A stretch of 19,927 bases of DNA from Nitrospinales bacterium (GTDB lineage Bacteria > Nitrospinota > Nitrospinia > Nitrospinales > JAJDAT01), in NCBI GenBank assembly GCA_046757665.1, contig JBHHYO010000051.1, forward strand, positions 1-19,927, in the 5' to 3' direction. A program made the position numbers and the translations under genes. This document shows, piece by piece, positions 1 through 7,916 of this stretch (positions are counted from its first letter, which is position 1; the number at the start of each line of letters is the position of its first letter). The notes beneath the pieces are model-generated. The model did not search any database. It saw only the letters and a program-made list of their open reading frames with translations, and was not told the DNA's origin.

Positions 1-54
1 TATTCTTCAAAAAGAAATCTTTACTAACTGTTGCACTTAAAACTTGAATCCGCC
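1..54 (+). mobile_element. Right end of an IS30-family insertion sequence (terminal inverted repeat 29-54); the element continues off the left edge
   Basis: 29-54 reads TGTTGCACTTAAAACTTGAATCCGCC, matching the TGTTGCA-N8-TTGAATC-N4 26-bp pattern of the IS30 right end. The transposase stop codon lies inside the IR, as in IS30. Mod-like sequence on the other strand stops at 55. Confidence 0.8.
3..47 (+). CDS. C-terminal 14 aa of an IS30-family transposase (partial)
   Basis: The frame from 3 reads FFKKKSLLTVALKT*. A VAL-x-x-stop ending encoded within the IR is typical of IS30-family transposases (E. coli IS30 ends VALTD). Confidence 0.7.
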   Translation, partial: FFKKKSLLTVALKT

Positions 55-802
55 TCCCTTTGCTATCAACAAAAAATGGATAATAGAGGTTTGGACGATT
101 TTTTTTCCCAAATTGCCTGTGAGTATTCCTCAGCTCTAAGGGGCGAAAATTTCCTTTTTCATCTTTTTCTGGATATTGTTTTTGGACTTCTTCCCCTGTT
201 TTTCTATGAGAAAGTTCATATGGAAGGTTTCTATTTTGGTAAACCAGCACATAGTCGTGGCTTCTCGCAAAATGTTCTCCAAGGACTCTACCTTTTGGAT
301 TGCATAGAACTGATAGTTGGGCCAAAAAGTTTGACTCCCCAAATATCTCATCCAAGATGGGGCGTAAATTATGAACTTCGTTATCATCAATGCTGATAAA
401 AATAACGCCATCTTCATCTAAAAGTTCACGAAGTAAATTTAACCTTGGCCACATCATGCAAAGCCATTTATCATGGCGTTCCAAATCTTCCCTATCCACT
501 GGGTTTCCAGATTTTTTGATCCACTCCTGCATAAGTGGACTTCGGACTTTATCGTTATAACACCACCCTTCGTTTCCGGTGTTATACGGTGGATCAATAT
601 AGATACACTTGATCTTCCCTGCATAGGTGGGCAAAAGGGCTTTCAAGGCGTGGAGATTGTCGCCGTGGATGATGAGGTTATCGTCCAGATTGGCATTGCC
701 TTTCGGGAAAGACTTGGATTTATCAATTTCCAGTTGGCGAAACGGGACACTTAAATGATGCGCGTGAACGAACTGTTTCCCCTTAAATTCCAGTGTCGGC
801 AT
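55..802 (-). pseudogene. mod: Type III restriction-modification Mod subunit (N6-adenine methyltransferase), N-terminal 249 codons, interrupted by the IS30-family element
   Basis: Manual translation from ATG 802: MPTLEFKGKQFVHAHHLSVPF...NLIIHGDNLHALKALLPTYAGKIKCIYIDPPYNTGNEGWCYND...RHDKWLCMMWPRLNLLRELLDEDGVIFISIDDNE...NRPNLYYPFFVDSKG. It has the DPPY motif IV and Mod signatures. No FxGxG SAM motif appears before the IS junction. The region is AT-richer than the flanking genes. Confidence 0.85.
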
Positions 803-895
803 TATTCTTGGTTTCCGATTAAAAATCTAACGCTTTTTTAACAGTAATCTTTTTTTCTTGTGTCTTTCTTGACCGTCGCGCGGGCGGCTAGGCGG

Positions 896-1582
896 TCAGC
901 CGCATCCGGCGATGACCAGGGTGACCTCGCCTCTCCACTTGCGGGTTCCGGCTCGGGCGACGAGTTCGGCCAGACTGCCGCGTATTACTTCCTCGTGAAT
1001 CTTGGTCAGTTCCCGGGCGATGGCGATTTTGCGGTCCCCGAAAACCTGCAAAAGGTCCCGCAGGGTTTGATCGACCCGGTGCGGGGATTCGTAAAGCACA
1101 ATGGTGCGCCGTTGTCCGGCGAGGTCTTCCAGATACTGCTTTCTTCTTTTCTTCCGCGGCAAAAAACCTTCAAAGACGAACCGGTCCATCGGCAGTCCCG
1201 AGACGGACAGCGCGGCGACGACAGCCGCGGGTCCCGGCAGGGGATGGATCGCAATGTCTTCCGCCAACGCCAACTGCGCGAGGTGGTACAGGGGATCGGA
1301 GATTCCCGGCGTCCCGGCGTCGGAAACCAGGGCCAGGTCCTTGCCGCTTTTCAGCCATGCGATGAATTCGCGCCCTTTTTTAACCTTGTTGTAACTGTTG
1401 TAACTCGACAGGGCGGTTTTGATCCCGTAATGATTCAACAAAATACGCGACCGGCGGGTGTCCTCGGCGGCGATCAAGGATACGGCCTCGAGTTGCCGCA
1501 CGGCGCGATAGGTGATGTCTCCCAGGTTGCCCAGGGGCGTGCTGACGATGTACAAACTTCCCTTCGCTTCGGTCGCCGGCAT
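896..1582 (-). CDS. rsmI: 16S rRNA (cytidine1402-2'-O)-methyltransferase RsmI
   Basis: Motifs LYIVSTPLGNLGDITYRA, AAEDTR, LVSDAGTPGISDP, YESPHR and ARELTKIHEE. ATG 1582 is preferred over TTG 1588 on SD spacing. Confidence 0.95.
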   Translation of the reverse strand: MPATEAKGSLYIVSTPLGNLGDITYRAVRQLEAVSLIAAEDTRRSRILLNHYGIKTALSSYNSYNKVKKGREFIAWLKSGKDLALVSDAGTPGISDPLYHLAQLALAEDIAIHPLPGPAAVVAALSVSGLPMDRFVFEGFLPRKKRRKQYLEDLAGQRRTIVLYESPHRVDQTLRDLLQVFGDRKIAIARELTKIHEEVIRGSLAELVARAGTRKWRGEVTLVIAGCG

Positions 1583-1705
1583 TTTCAACGCCCTATTTTA
1601 AATGCTAACACCCTGTTTTTCAATGGTTGACTGGCTCGGCCCCGACTGCAAGGAGCAAACTTGGAGCAACCGGTTCAGGCTTTCGGAATACGAAGCGATG
1701 CGCCG

Positions 1706-2104
1706 TCACGCCGGGGTTTGCGATTTCTTTTCCTCGTTTTTTGCGAGTTTTATGATTTTTCTTTTGCCGGGAATCATGTCGCAGTTGCCGTCGAACACCG
1801 CGCCAACCTCGACATACAGGGAAGGCGTTTTGATGTTGCCGACCAACTCGCTTTTGGCGTGGATTTCAATCCGCTTGGTCGCCTGGATGACACCTTTGAC
1901 CTTGCCCTTGCAAATGACGGTTCCGGCAGTGATTTCGGCGTTCAGCTCCCCGGTTTCCCCGATGATCAGCGTATCGTCCGTCACCACCTTGCCTTTGAAC
2001 TTGCCGTCGATGCGAACGGTTCCCTGAAAATTCAGGGTCCCCTGGAAAACAGAATTAATGCCCATATAGGCTTTAAGGTTTTCCTTCGGTTGTTTCGCGC
2101 TCAT
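1706..2104 (-). CDS. Bactofilin (polymer-forming cytoskeletal protein, CcmA family)
   Basis: Beta-helical bactofilin pattern: FQGTLNFQGTVRIDGKFKGKV...LIIGETGELNAEI...GKVKGVIQA...LVGNIKTPSLYVEVGAVFDGNCDM. Basic C-terminal tail. Confidence 0.92.
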   Translation of the reverse strand: MSAKQPKENLKAYMGINSVFQGTLNFQGTVRIDGKFKGKVVTDDTLIIGETGELNAEITAGTVICKGKVKGVIQATKRIEIHAKSELVGNIKTPSLYVEVGAVFDGNCDMIPGKRKIIKLAKNEEKKSQTPA

Positions 2105-2141
2105 GGGCTTTTCCTCGTTATGTTAATACCCAATGTATAAT

Positions 2142-3011
2142 TTACGCCATTTTGGGCATAAATATTTCGCAAAGCCTTTCCAGGTCCTCGTCGGAGTAAT
2201 ACGCGATCTTCACGGTGCCGCCGCTTGCGTCCGGAACGATTTTCACCTGGGTTCCCAGCACCCGCGCCAACTCGGTTTCCATGATTTTCAGGAACTGGTT
2301 TTTTGTCGGCGGCTTTTTCCCGGCCCTTTCCGGTTCCCCCCGCGGCGAATATTTTTTGATCATGGACTCGGTTTGACGCACGCTCAGGCCCTCCTTGACG
2401 ATTCTCTGCCTCAAGGCATCGATTTCCTTTTCCGAAGGCAGGGCGAGTAGCGCCCGGGCGTGTCCCATGGTGATTTTCCCGGCAATCAGGTCCTCCTGCA
2501 AGGGCCGGGAGAGTTTCAGCAGGCGCAGGTAGTTGGCCACGGAGGCGCGGTTTTTGCCGACCCGCTGGGCGATTTCCTCCTGTTTCAGGCCAAATTCCTC
2601 GGCGAGCCTGGAATAAGCCTTGGCTTCTTCGATGGGGTTGAGGTCCTGGCGGTGGATATTTTCGATAATGGCCATTTCCAGCGACTGCACATCGCCGGCT
2701 TCCCGGATGAGCGCGGGGATTTTTTTGAGTCCGGCTTGTTTTGCGGCGCGCCAGCGGCGTTCGCCGACAATGAGTTCGTACCCGGTTTCGGCTCTTTGCA
2801 CGACGACGGGCTGGATTATCCCCTGCTCGCGGATGGATTCCACCAGTTCTTCCATTTTTCGCCCGTCGAAGCAGGTGCGCGGCTGGTTGCGATTCGCCAC
2901 GATTTCGTCAATCAGGATATACGTGCCCTCTTCGCCGGTTTCCGGCACGCCCAATTCAAAATCGGGGATCAGGGCCTCCAATCCTTTTCCAAGCACTTTT
3001 CGATGCATCAT
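2142..3011 (-). CDS. parB: Chromosome partitioning protein ParB/Spo0J
   Basis: N-terminal LGKGLEALI peptide, NQPR, GIIQPVVV, GERRWRA CTPase arginine patch, ENIHRQDLNPIEEA, and HTH QEEIAQRVGKNRASVANYLRLL. Confidence 0.97.
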   Translation of the reverse strand: MMHRKVLGKGLEALIPDFELGVPETGEEGTYILIDEIVANRNQPRTCFDGRKMEELVESIREQGIIQPVVVQRAETGYELIVGERRWRAAKQAGLKKIPALIREAGDVQSLEMAIIENIHRQDLNPIEEAKAYSRLAEEFGLKQEEIAQRVGKNRASVANYLRLLKLSRPLQEDLIAGKITMGHARALLALPSEKEIDALRQRIVKEGLSVRQTESMIKKYSPRGEPERAGKKPPTKNQFLKIMETELARVLGTQVKIVPDASGGTVKIAYYSDEDLERLCEIFMPKMA

Positions 3012-3013
3012 TT

Positions 3014-3835
3014 TTACACCTGATGAGCGGCCGTTTTGTCCGACTCGGCGGCTTCGGCCCGGGACAAAATTTCATCGGCCAATTTTTCATAGGAATCCGC
3101 CCCCTTACAGCCCTTGGCGTAAAGGATGACGGGCCTGCCGTGGCTGGGAGCCTCGCTCAGGCGGATATTGCGCGGAATAACGGTTTCCAGCAAATAGCCC
3201 TTGAAATACTTGGCGACTTGTTCCTTGACCTGGCAGGCCAGGAGGGTGCGTCCGTCGAACATGGTGAGCAAGATTCCCTCGACGGAAAGCGCCGGATTCA
3301 GGGATTTTTTCACCAGTTTAAGGGTTTTGAGAAGGTGGCTCAGTCCCTGGAGGGAGAAGTATTCGCACTGCATGGGAATGAGCACCGAGCCGGAAGCCGC
3401 CAGGGCGTTGAGCGTCAGCAAACCGAGCGAGGGCGGGCAGTCGATAACGATGAAATCGAAATTTTGTATCGCCTCGTCGAGCACGGCGCACAGCTGTTTT
3501 TCCCGGTTTTCCCGGTTGACCAGCTCAACTTCCGCGCCCGCCAGGTTTGTCGAGGCGGGGATCAATTTCAAGCGCTCGATTTCCGTTTCGCAAGTCACCT
3601 GGTCGAGCGAGACTTCTCCGGTCAGCAGTTCGTAGATGCCTTTTTGGTCGTCCGCAGGCGGGCAACCGACACCGCTGGAGGCATTGGCCTGCGGGTCGAT
3701 ATCCACAAGCAGTACGCTCTGTCCGTGGTTCAGGGCCAGGGACGCCGCCAGGTTGATGGCCGTCGTGGTTTTTCCCACGCCGCCCTTCTGGTTGGTCACG
3801 CTGATGATTTTGGCCGTACCGTTCAACCTGCCCAC
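3014..3835 (-). CDS. parA: Chromosome partitioning ATPase ParA/Soj
   Basis: Deviant Walker A KGGVGKTT, DIDPQANAS, IDCPPSLG, PMQCEYF and IPRNIRLSEAPSHG. GTG start preceded by GGAGG. Confidence 0.97.
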   Translation of the reverse strand: MGRLNGTAKIISVTNQKGGVGKTTTAINLAASLALNHGQSVLLVDIDPQANASSGVGCPPADDQKGIYELLTGEVSLDQVTCETEIERLKLIPASTNLAGAEVELVNRENREKQLCAVLDEAIQNFDFIVIDCPPSLGLLTLNALAASGSVLIPMQCEYFSLQGLSHLLKTLKLVKKSLNPALSVEGILLTMFDGRTLLACQVKEQVAKYFKGYLLETVIPRNIRLSEAPSHGRPVILYAKGCKGADSYEKLADEILSRAEAAESDKTAAHQV

Positions 3836-3933
3836 AAAAAAGACCTCCGCCCGTAATTTAACGAGCTAAACTTATCACAGAACCAAAAACATGCCAACAA
3901 AATAAACAAAAACCGGCTTGCCGGCCCAGAAAA

Positions 3934-3949
3934 TGTTCCACGTGGAACA
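3934..3949. promoter_or_regulatory. parS centromere site 1
   Basis: Perfect 16-bp palindrome TGTTCCACGTGGAACA matching the parS consensus, upstream of parA. Confidence 0.95.
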
Positions 3950-3981
3950 AGAAAAACGGGCAACCGAGCTACGGGCCGGAT

Positions 3982-3997
3982 TGTTTCACGTGGAACA
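3982..3997. promoter_or_regulatory. parS centromere site 2, overlapping the rsmG stop codon
   Basis: TGTTTCACGTGGAACA matches the parS consensus and starts 48 bp after site 1. Confidence 0.93.
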
Positions 3998-4699
3998 TTT
4001 TTGAAAAATAACCAGCCTGGATTGTGCCCCGGGCCGGTTTGTCAGGGGAATCTCCCCAACCCGCGCCAAGGCCAAGTTTTGGCAAACGGCGTCGGCTTCG
4101 GTTTTTTCCCTAACTCCTTTTTTTATAATGAGTTTACCGCCATCATGGATCAGCGGAGCACCCAAGGCCAGACTGGAATCCAGTTTCGCCACCGCCCGCA
4201 ACAAGGCGTATTGAAAGTGGCCCTGGTACGCCGAACTGCGCGCCAGCTGTTCCGCCCGGTACTGGAGAACGTCGATGTGCTTGAGCCCCAGATTCCGCAA
4301 AACGCTTCCCAGAAAACTTGCCCGCTTGCGGCGGCTCTCCAGCAACGTTATTTTCATCTCGGGAAAGACGATTTTTAGCGGAATGCCGGGAAATCCGGCC
4401 CCACTGCCGATATCGATGGTTTCGCCCGGCTCGGTCATGGCTCTGGCAAATTGCAGGGAATCGATAAAATGCCGTTCAAAGATGCTTTTTTCATCCATCT
4501 CGGCGGTCAGGTTGATCTGCCGGTTCCAGCGCATCAGTTCCCGAATAAAGAAAAGCGCCCGCTCCGCCGCCCGCTCCGGGTCCGCCATGGCCAACGGCCC
4601 GGCATTAACGCTACGCAAAGCTTCAACTATTTGTTTTTTCATACTATATAGCCCTGTCTGGCGAGCGGATTCCGGTTCCGATCCGGCTGTTTCTATCAA
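3986..4699 (-). CDS. rsmG: 16S rRNA (guanine527-N7)-methyltransferase RsmG (GidB)
   Basis: Motifs WNRQINLTA, RHFIDSL, DIGSGAGFPGIPLKI, LLESRRKRASFL, RAE and RAVA; position upstream of parA. Start uncertain: TTG 4699 overlapping the etfA stop, or ATG 4642. Confidence 0.93.
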   Translation of the reverse strand: MIETAGSEPESARQTGLYSMKKQIVEALRSVNAGPLAMADPERAAERALFFIRELMRWNRQINLTAEMDEKSIFERHFIDSLQFARAMTEPGETIDIGSGAGFPGIPLKIVFPEMKITLLESRRKRASFLGSVLRNLGLKHIDVLQYRAEQLARSSAYQGHFQYALLRAVAKLDSSLALGAPLIHDGGKLIIKKGVREKTEADAVCQNLALARVGEIPLTNRPGAQSRLVIFQKCST

Positions 4700-5691
4700 G
4701 ATTTCAACACATTCGCAAATTCCCGGGTAAGAATCGGCAACACTTCCAGAACGTCGCCGACGATAGCGTAATCGGCCACGGAAAAAATAGGTGCGTTAGG
4801 GTCCTTGTTGATGGCAACGATATGTTTCGATGAGGACATTCCGGCCAGATGCTGAACGGCTCCGGAGATTCCGCAGGCAATGTAAAGGTCCGGCGTGACG
4901 GTGCGTCCTGTCTGGCCCACCTGATTGGAGTAGGGTCTCCAGCCGTTATCGACCACTGGCCGGCTGGCGCCTACGGCGGCTCCCAGAACACCGGCAAGTT
5001 CCTCGATCAGCTTGAAGTTTTCCGGATTCTGCATTCCCATGCCTCCGGAAACGACAATGCGCGCTTCGGTAATGTCGAGAGTTTTCCCCGTTTCGCGGAC
5101 GATTTCCCTGATTTTCAGGATCAGGGCGCTGGAGTCCAGGTCGATGTCGCGGGTTTCCACCTCACCGGCGCGGGCGGTATCTGGCCCGGCGCCCCGGAAC
5201 ACGTTGGGACGAAGGGTGATTACCCGGACGACCGACGGCTCGAAAACCATTGTTGAAACGGCTTTTCCGGCGTAAACCGGGCGCTTGACGACCAATCCTC
5301 CCTGGGCCGTGTCGTCGGCCCTGAGCGCGATACAATCCGTCGCCAGGCCCGCGCCCAGTTCGGCGGCCAGCGCCGGGGCCAGGTCTTTGCCGCAGCTGGT
5401 GGCGGCAAGCAGAATGGTCTCGGGTGCGCCGCCGGCAACCGCCTGCTGTAACGCCGCCCGGTAACCGGAATTGGTGTAATCGGCCAATCCAGGGTTTCTC
5501 AGGATCAAAACCTTGTCCGCGCCGTGATGAAACAGGGGATCGGCGGTGAAATCTTCCCCCGACCCCAGCCAAACGGCGGTCACCCGGCCCTCCGACCCTC
5601 CGGCAAGGCTCGCGGCGGCGTTCAAGGCCTCGAAACTGACTTCCTTGATGGCACCATCGAGGTGTTCAACAATAACCCAAATTTCTTTCAT
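4696..5691 (-). CDS. etfA: Electron transfer flavoprotein alpha subunit (EtfA/FixB family)
   Basis: Motifs KRPVYAGKA, ARIVVSGGMG, AAVGASRPVVD, QVGQTGRTVTPDLYIACGISGAVQHLAGM and AINKDPNAPIF. Confidence 0.95.
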   Translation of the reverse strand: MKEIWVIVEHLDGAIKEVSFEALNAAASLAGGSEGRVTAVWLGSGEDFTADPLFHHGADKVLILRNPGLADYTNSGYRAALQQAVAGGAPETILLAATSCGKDLAPALAAELGAGLATDCIALRADDTAQGGLVVKRPVYAGKAVSTMVFEPSVVRVITLRPNVFRGAGPDTARAGEVETRDIDLDSSALILKIREIVRETGKTLDITEARIVVSGGMGMQNPENFKLIEELAGVLGAAVGASRPVVDNGWRPYSNQVGQTGRTVTPDLYIACGISGAVQHLAGMSSSKHIVAINKDPNAPIFSVADYAIVGDVLEVLPILTREFANVLKS

Positions 5692-5756
5692 GGAATTTTT
5701 TCCCGAAGCGAATTGCGGGAATTTGCATACGGTAAGCCGGGTGTGTCCACCGCCTC

Positions 5757-5785
5757 ATTATATCTGATAAAACGGCGGCTTGCAG
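5757..5785 (-). promoter_or_regulatory. Putative sigma70 promoter for the etfA-rsmG unit
   Basis: Minus strand reads CTGCAA-17 bp-TATAAT, with the -10 about 65 bp upstream of the etfA ATG. Confidence 0.55.
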
Positions 5786-5856
5786 AAAAAAGTACCCGTC
5801 CGGCGGCGCACTTGCGGATTCCACCGCCGGGGAACGGCGGGAACGATGATCGGGCC

Positions 5857-5885
5857 TTGATTTTTCCCGGCATGACCAGTATATT
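5857..5885 (+). promoter_or_regulatory. Putative sigma70 promoter for the plus-strand unit
   Basis: TTGATT-17 bp-TATATT upstream of the lipoprotein gene. Confidence 0.5.
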
Positions 5886-5973
5886 GACAGCGGAGAACCA
5901 TGAGGCGCGCAAGCGCTTTGGACCTGAACGGACACGCCCGTTTGGGCTAATAAATCAAGGTGGTGCGCCCGCA

Positions 5974-6108
5974 ATGCCGAAAAAAACGGCCGTTTTGAGT
6001 TTATTGACCGTGCTCGTGGTGGTTTTTCTGTTTTCCGGGTGCGGCGTAAAAGGCCCTCCCCGGCCGCCGGAACCGAAAAAAATGTCGGCCTCAGACACCG
6101 GTCGATGA
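5974..6108 (+). CDS. Small lipoprotein, LptM/YifL-like (44 aa)
   Basis: MPKKTAVLSLLTVLVVVFLFSG-CGVKGPPRPP has a basic N-terminus, hydrophobic core, lipobox FSGC and the CGxKGP motif of LptM/YifL. SD-like AAGGTGG upstream. Adjacent to a DUF484 gene, as yifL is near yigA in enterobacteria. Confidence 0.8.
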   Translation: MPKKTAVLSLLTVLVVVFLFSGCGVKGPPRPPEPKKMSASDTGR

Positions 6109-6124
6109 AGCCCCCCTCGCCTTC

Positions 6125-7366
6125 ATGAATCCCGAACAATTTAAAGAAAAAATCGCCATTTACCTGAACGAGCACCCGGAGTTTTTCAACGATTACCCGG
6201 AACTGCTGGAAAAGGTCAAGTCGATCAAGTCAAGCGACCTGCCCTTGCCGCCCGCGCACACGATCAGCGTATCCGACCGGATTATCCAGCGCGCCCGCAG
6301 TGACCGCAAACACATCAAGGGCAAGCTGGAATGGTTTATCGACCTGGCCCGCAAAAACGAAAAAATCCACGAGCATCTGGACGAGATCGAGCGGCTGGCG
6401 CTGAGTTGCACCGAACTGTTGCCCATGATGGCGCAGTTGCGGGCGGAGATCATGAAGCGGTTCGACATTCATCACGTCGTCATCTGCCTGGCGGACAGTC
6501 CGTACCATTTCACGGAAAACCGGTTGAAGGAGCGTTACCCCGAGCCCATGGACGGCGAGTTGCGGTTCGTCGAGCCGGCGGTTCTCGACTCCTGGCTGGA
6601 GAACGGTTTCGAGCCCGTCCTGCGCGGCGAGATCAACGGCAAATCCAGGGTATTCCCGGCTCCCGGCGTCCGCGGCCTGATCCATTCCGAAGCCATCATT
6701 CCGATCGTCATTCGCGGCAAGGCGGCGGGTTGCCTGGGCCTTGGCGCGCCCAACCCCTACCATTTTCATGAGGAATTGCGGAGCGATTTCCTGGCGCACA
6801 TGGCGGGCAAGCTGGCCATCGCCATCGACAACATTTTTCTTATGGAGCGGCTGAAAACGCAGTCTGTCATGGACCCCCTCACCGGCCATTACAGCCGGGC
6901 CTATTTCGACCCCGTCCTGGCAAGGGAGTTCGACCGCTCCCACCGGTACCGGAAAATGCTTTCCTGCCTGATTATGTGCATTGACTATTTCGACAATCTC
7001 ATCAATACTTATGGTAATGAGAAAGCGGAGCGAATCCTGAAGGAAACCGGCGGTGTTTTAAGCGAATGTTGCCGCTCCTCAGATATTGTGATTCGCTACA
7101 ATGAAGCCAAGTTCTTCGTGCTTCTGCCGGAGACCGACAGCGACAACGCCGTTCGACTGGCGGAAAGGATTCGCCAGGGCGTCGAGAGCCGGAAGTTTCC
7201 CGTAGCGCCGGAGTCCGGAGGCATCACGGCGAGCGTCGGGGTGGCTTCCTATCCGTCGCCGGCGGTGGCCTCGCGCGAGGATTTGGTCAAAAGCGCGTTC
7301 ACCGGCCTGGCCCAGGCGGTGGAAAAGGGCGGCAACCGGGTGCGCGGCGCTGTCTGCGGGGAATAG
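6125..7366 (+). CDS. DUF484/YigA (GAF-like) domain fused to a degenerate GGDEF domain
   Basis: N-terminus IAIYLNEHPEFFNDYPELL and SEAIIPI...LGLGAPNPYHF...SDFLAHM are DUF484-like. The GGDEF fold runs DPLTGHYSR...LLPETD...AERIR...ITASVGVA...KGGNRV, but the active site reads RYNEAKF. Confidence 0.85.
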   Translation: MNPEQFKEKIAIYLNEHPEFFNDYPELLEKVKSIKSSDLPLPPAHTISVSDRIIQRARSDRKHIKGKLEWFIDLARKNEKIHEHLDEIERLALSCTELLPMMAQLRAEIMKRFDIHHVVICLADSPYHFTENRLKERYPEPMDGELRFVEPAVLDSWLENGFEPVLRGEINGKSRVFPAPGVRGLIHSEAIIPIVIRGKAAGCLGLGAPNPYHFHEELRSDFLAHMAGKLAIAIDNIFLMERLKTQSVMDPLTGHYSRAYFDPVLAREFDRSHRYRKMLSCLIMCIDYFDNLINTYGNEKAERILKETGGVLSECCRSSDIVIRYNEAKFFVLLPETDSDNAVRLAERIRQGVESRKFPVAPESGGITASVGVASYPSPAVASREDLVKSAFTGLAQAVEKGGNRVRGAVCGE

Positions 7367-7409
7367 GCCGAACGATTTACTTTTCACTATCCAGGAAACA
7401 CGTAACACC

Positions 7410-7916
7410 ATGTTTAGAAAAGCGCGGCACGGCGACATCGACGCCATCGTAGAACTGGTCAACCGCTACGCGGAACAGGACCTGATGCTTTTCCGCACTC
7501 CCCAGGACGTTCTCCGGGACCTCGAGCATTTTCTGGTCATGGAGGAGGCGGGCCAACTGGTCGCCACCTGCCACCTGCGTTACGGCTGGGACCGGCTGGT
7601 GGAAATCCGTTCCCTGGCCGTGCATCCCGACCATTACCGGCGGGGCCTGGGAAGCGCGCTGGTGCGCCAGTGCATTGAGCGGGCGCGAGGCGGGGACGTG
7701 GACAAAATATTCGTCCTGACCTACGCCATGCCCCTGTTCGCCAAGCTGGGGTTCGAGGAAACCGACAAAGACGCCCTGCCGTTGAAAGTATGGACCGACT
7801 GCCAGGGTTGCCGGAAACGCGATCATTGCGACGAGACGGCGATGATTCTGGACTTGCATCCGGCGGTTCCAGCAGGCCAAAAGGAAATTCCACAACCTAT
7901 AGGTGAGTTATGTTAA
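7410..7916 (+). CDS. GNAT acetyltransferase, short N-acetylglutamate synthase (ArgA)-like
   Basis: EIRSLAVHPDHYRRGLGSALV acetyl-CoA motif, IFVLTY, FAKLGF, and the C-terminal LPLKVWTDCxxCxxxxxCDETAM Cys cluster of this family. Confidence 0.8.
   Translation: MFRKARHGDIDAIVELVNRYAEQDLMLFRTPQDVLRDLEHFLVMEEAGQLVATCHLRYGWDRLVEIRSLAVHPDHYRRGLGSALVRQCIERARGGDVDKIFVLTYAMPLFAKLGFEETDKDALPLKVWTDCQGCRKRDHCDETAMILDLHPAVPAGQKEIPQPIGELC

Noticed and set aside
99-106. A8 tract in mod as a phase-variation switch
   Set aside because: Short, in frame and unremarkable in AT-rich DNA; no tandem simple repeats were seen in the visible part of mod.
31-754. ORF-track calls 31..396(+), 136..417(-) and 473..754(+)
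   Set aside because: They are shadow or off-frame ORFs of the mod frame starting at 802(-), which carries all the recognisable motifs.
860-3856. Long plus-strand ORFs such as 860..1630, 2460..3023 and 3023..3856
   Set aside because: Antisense shadows of rsmI, parB and parA, expected in GC-rich DNA, with no motifs.
5524-5973. N-terminal 150 aa of ORF 5524..6108
   Set aside because: It overlaps etfA and both candidate promoters; the signal peptide and SD point to ATG 5974.
6125-7366. Active diguanylate cyclase
   Set aside because: The GGDEF signature is replaced by NEAKF, and metal- and GTP-binding residues are degenerate.
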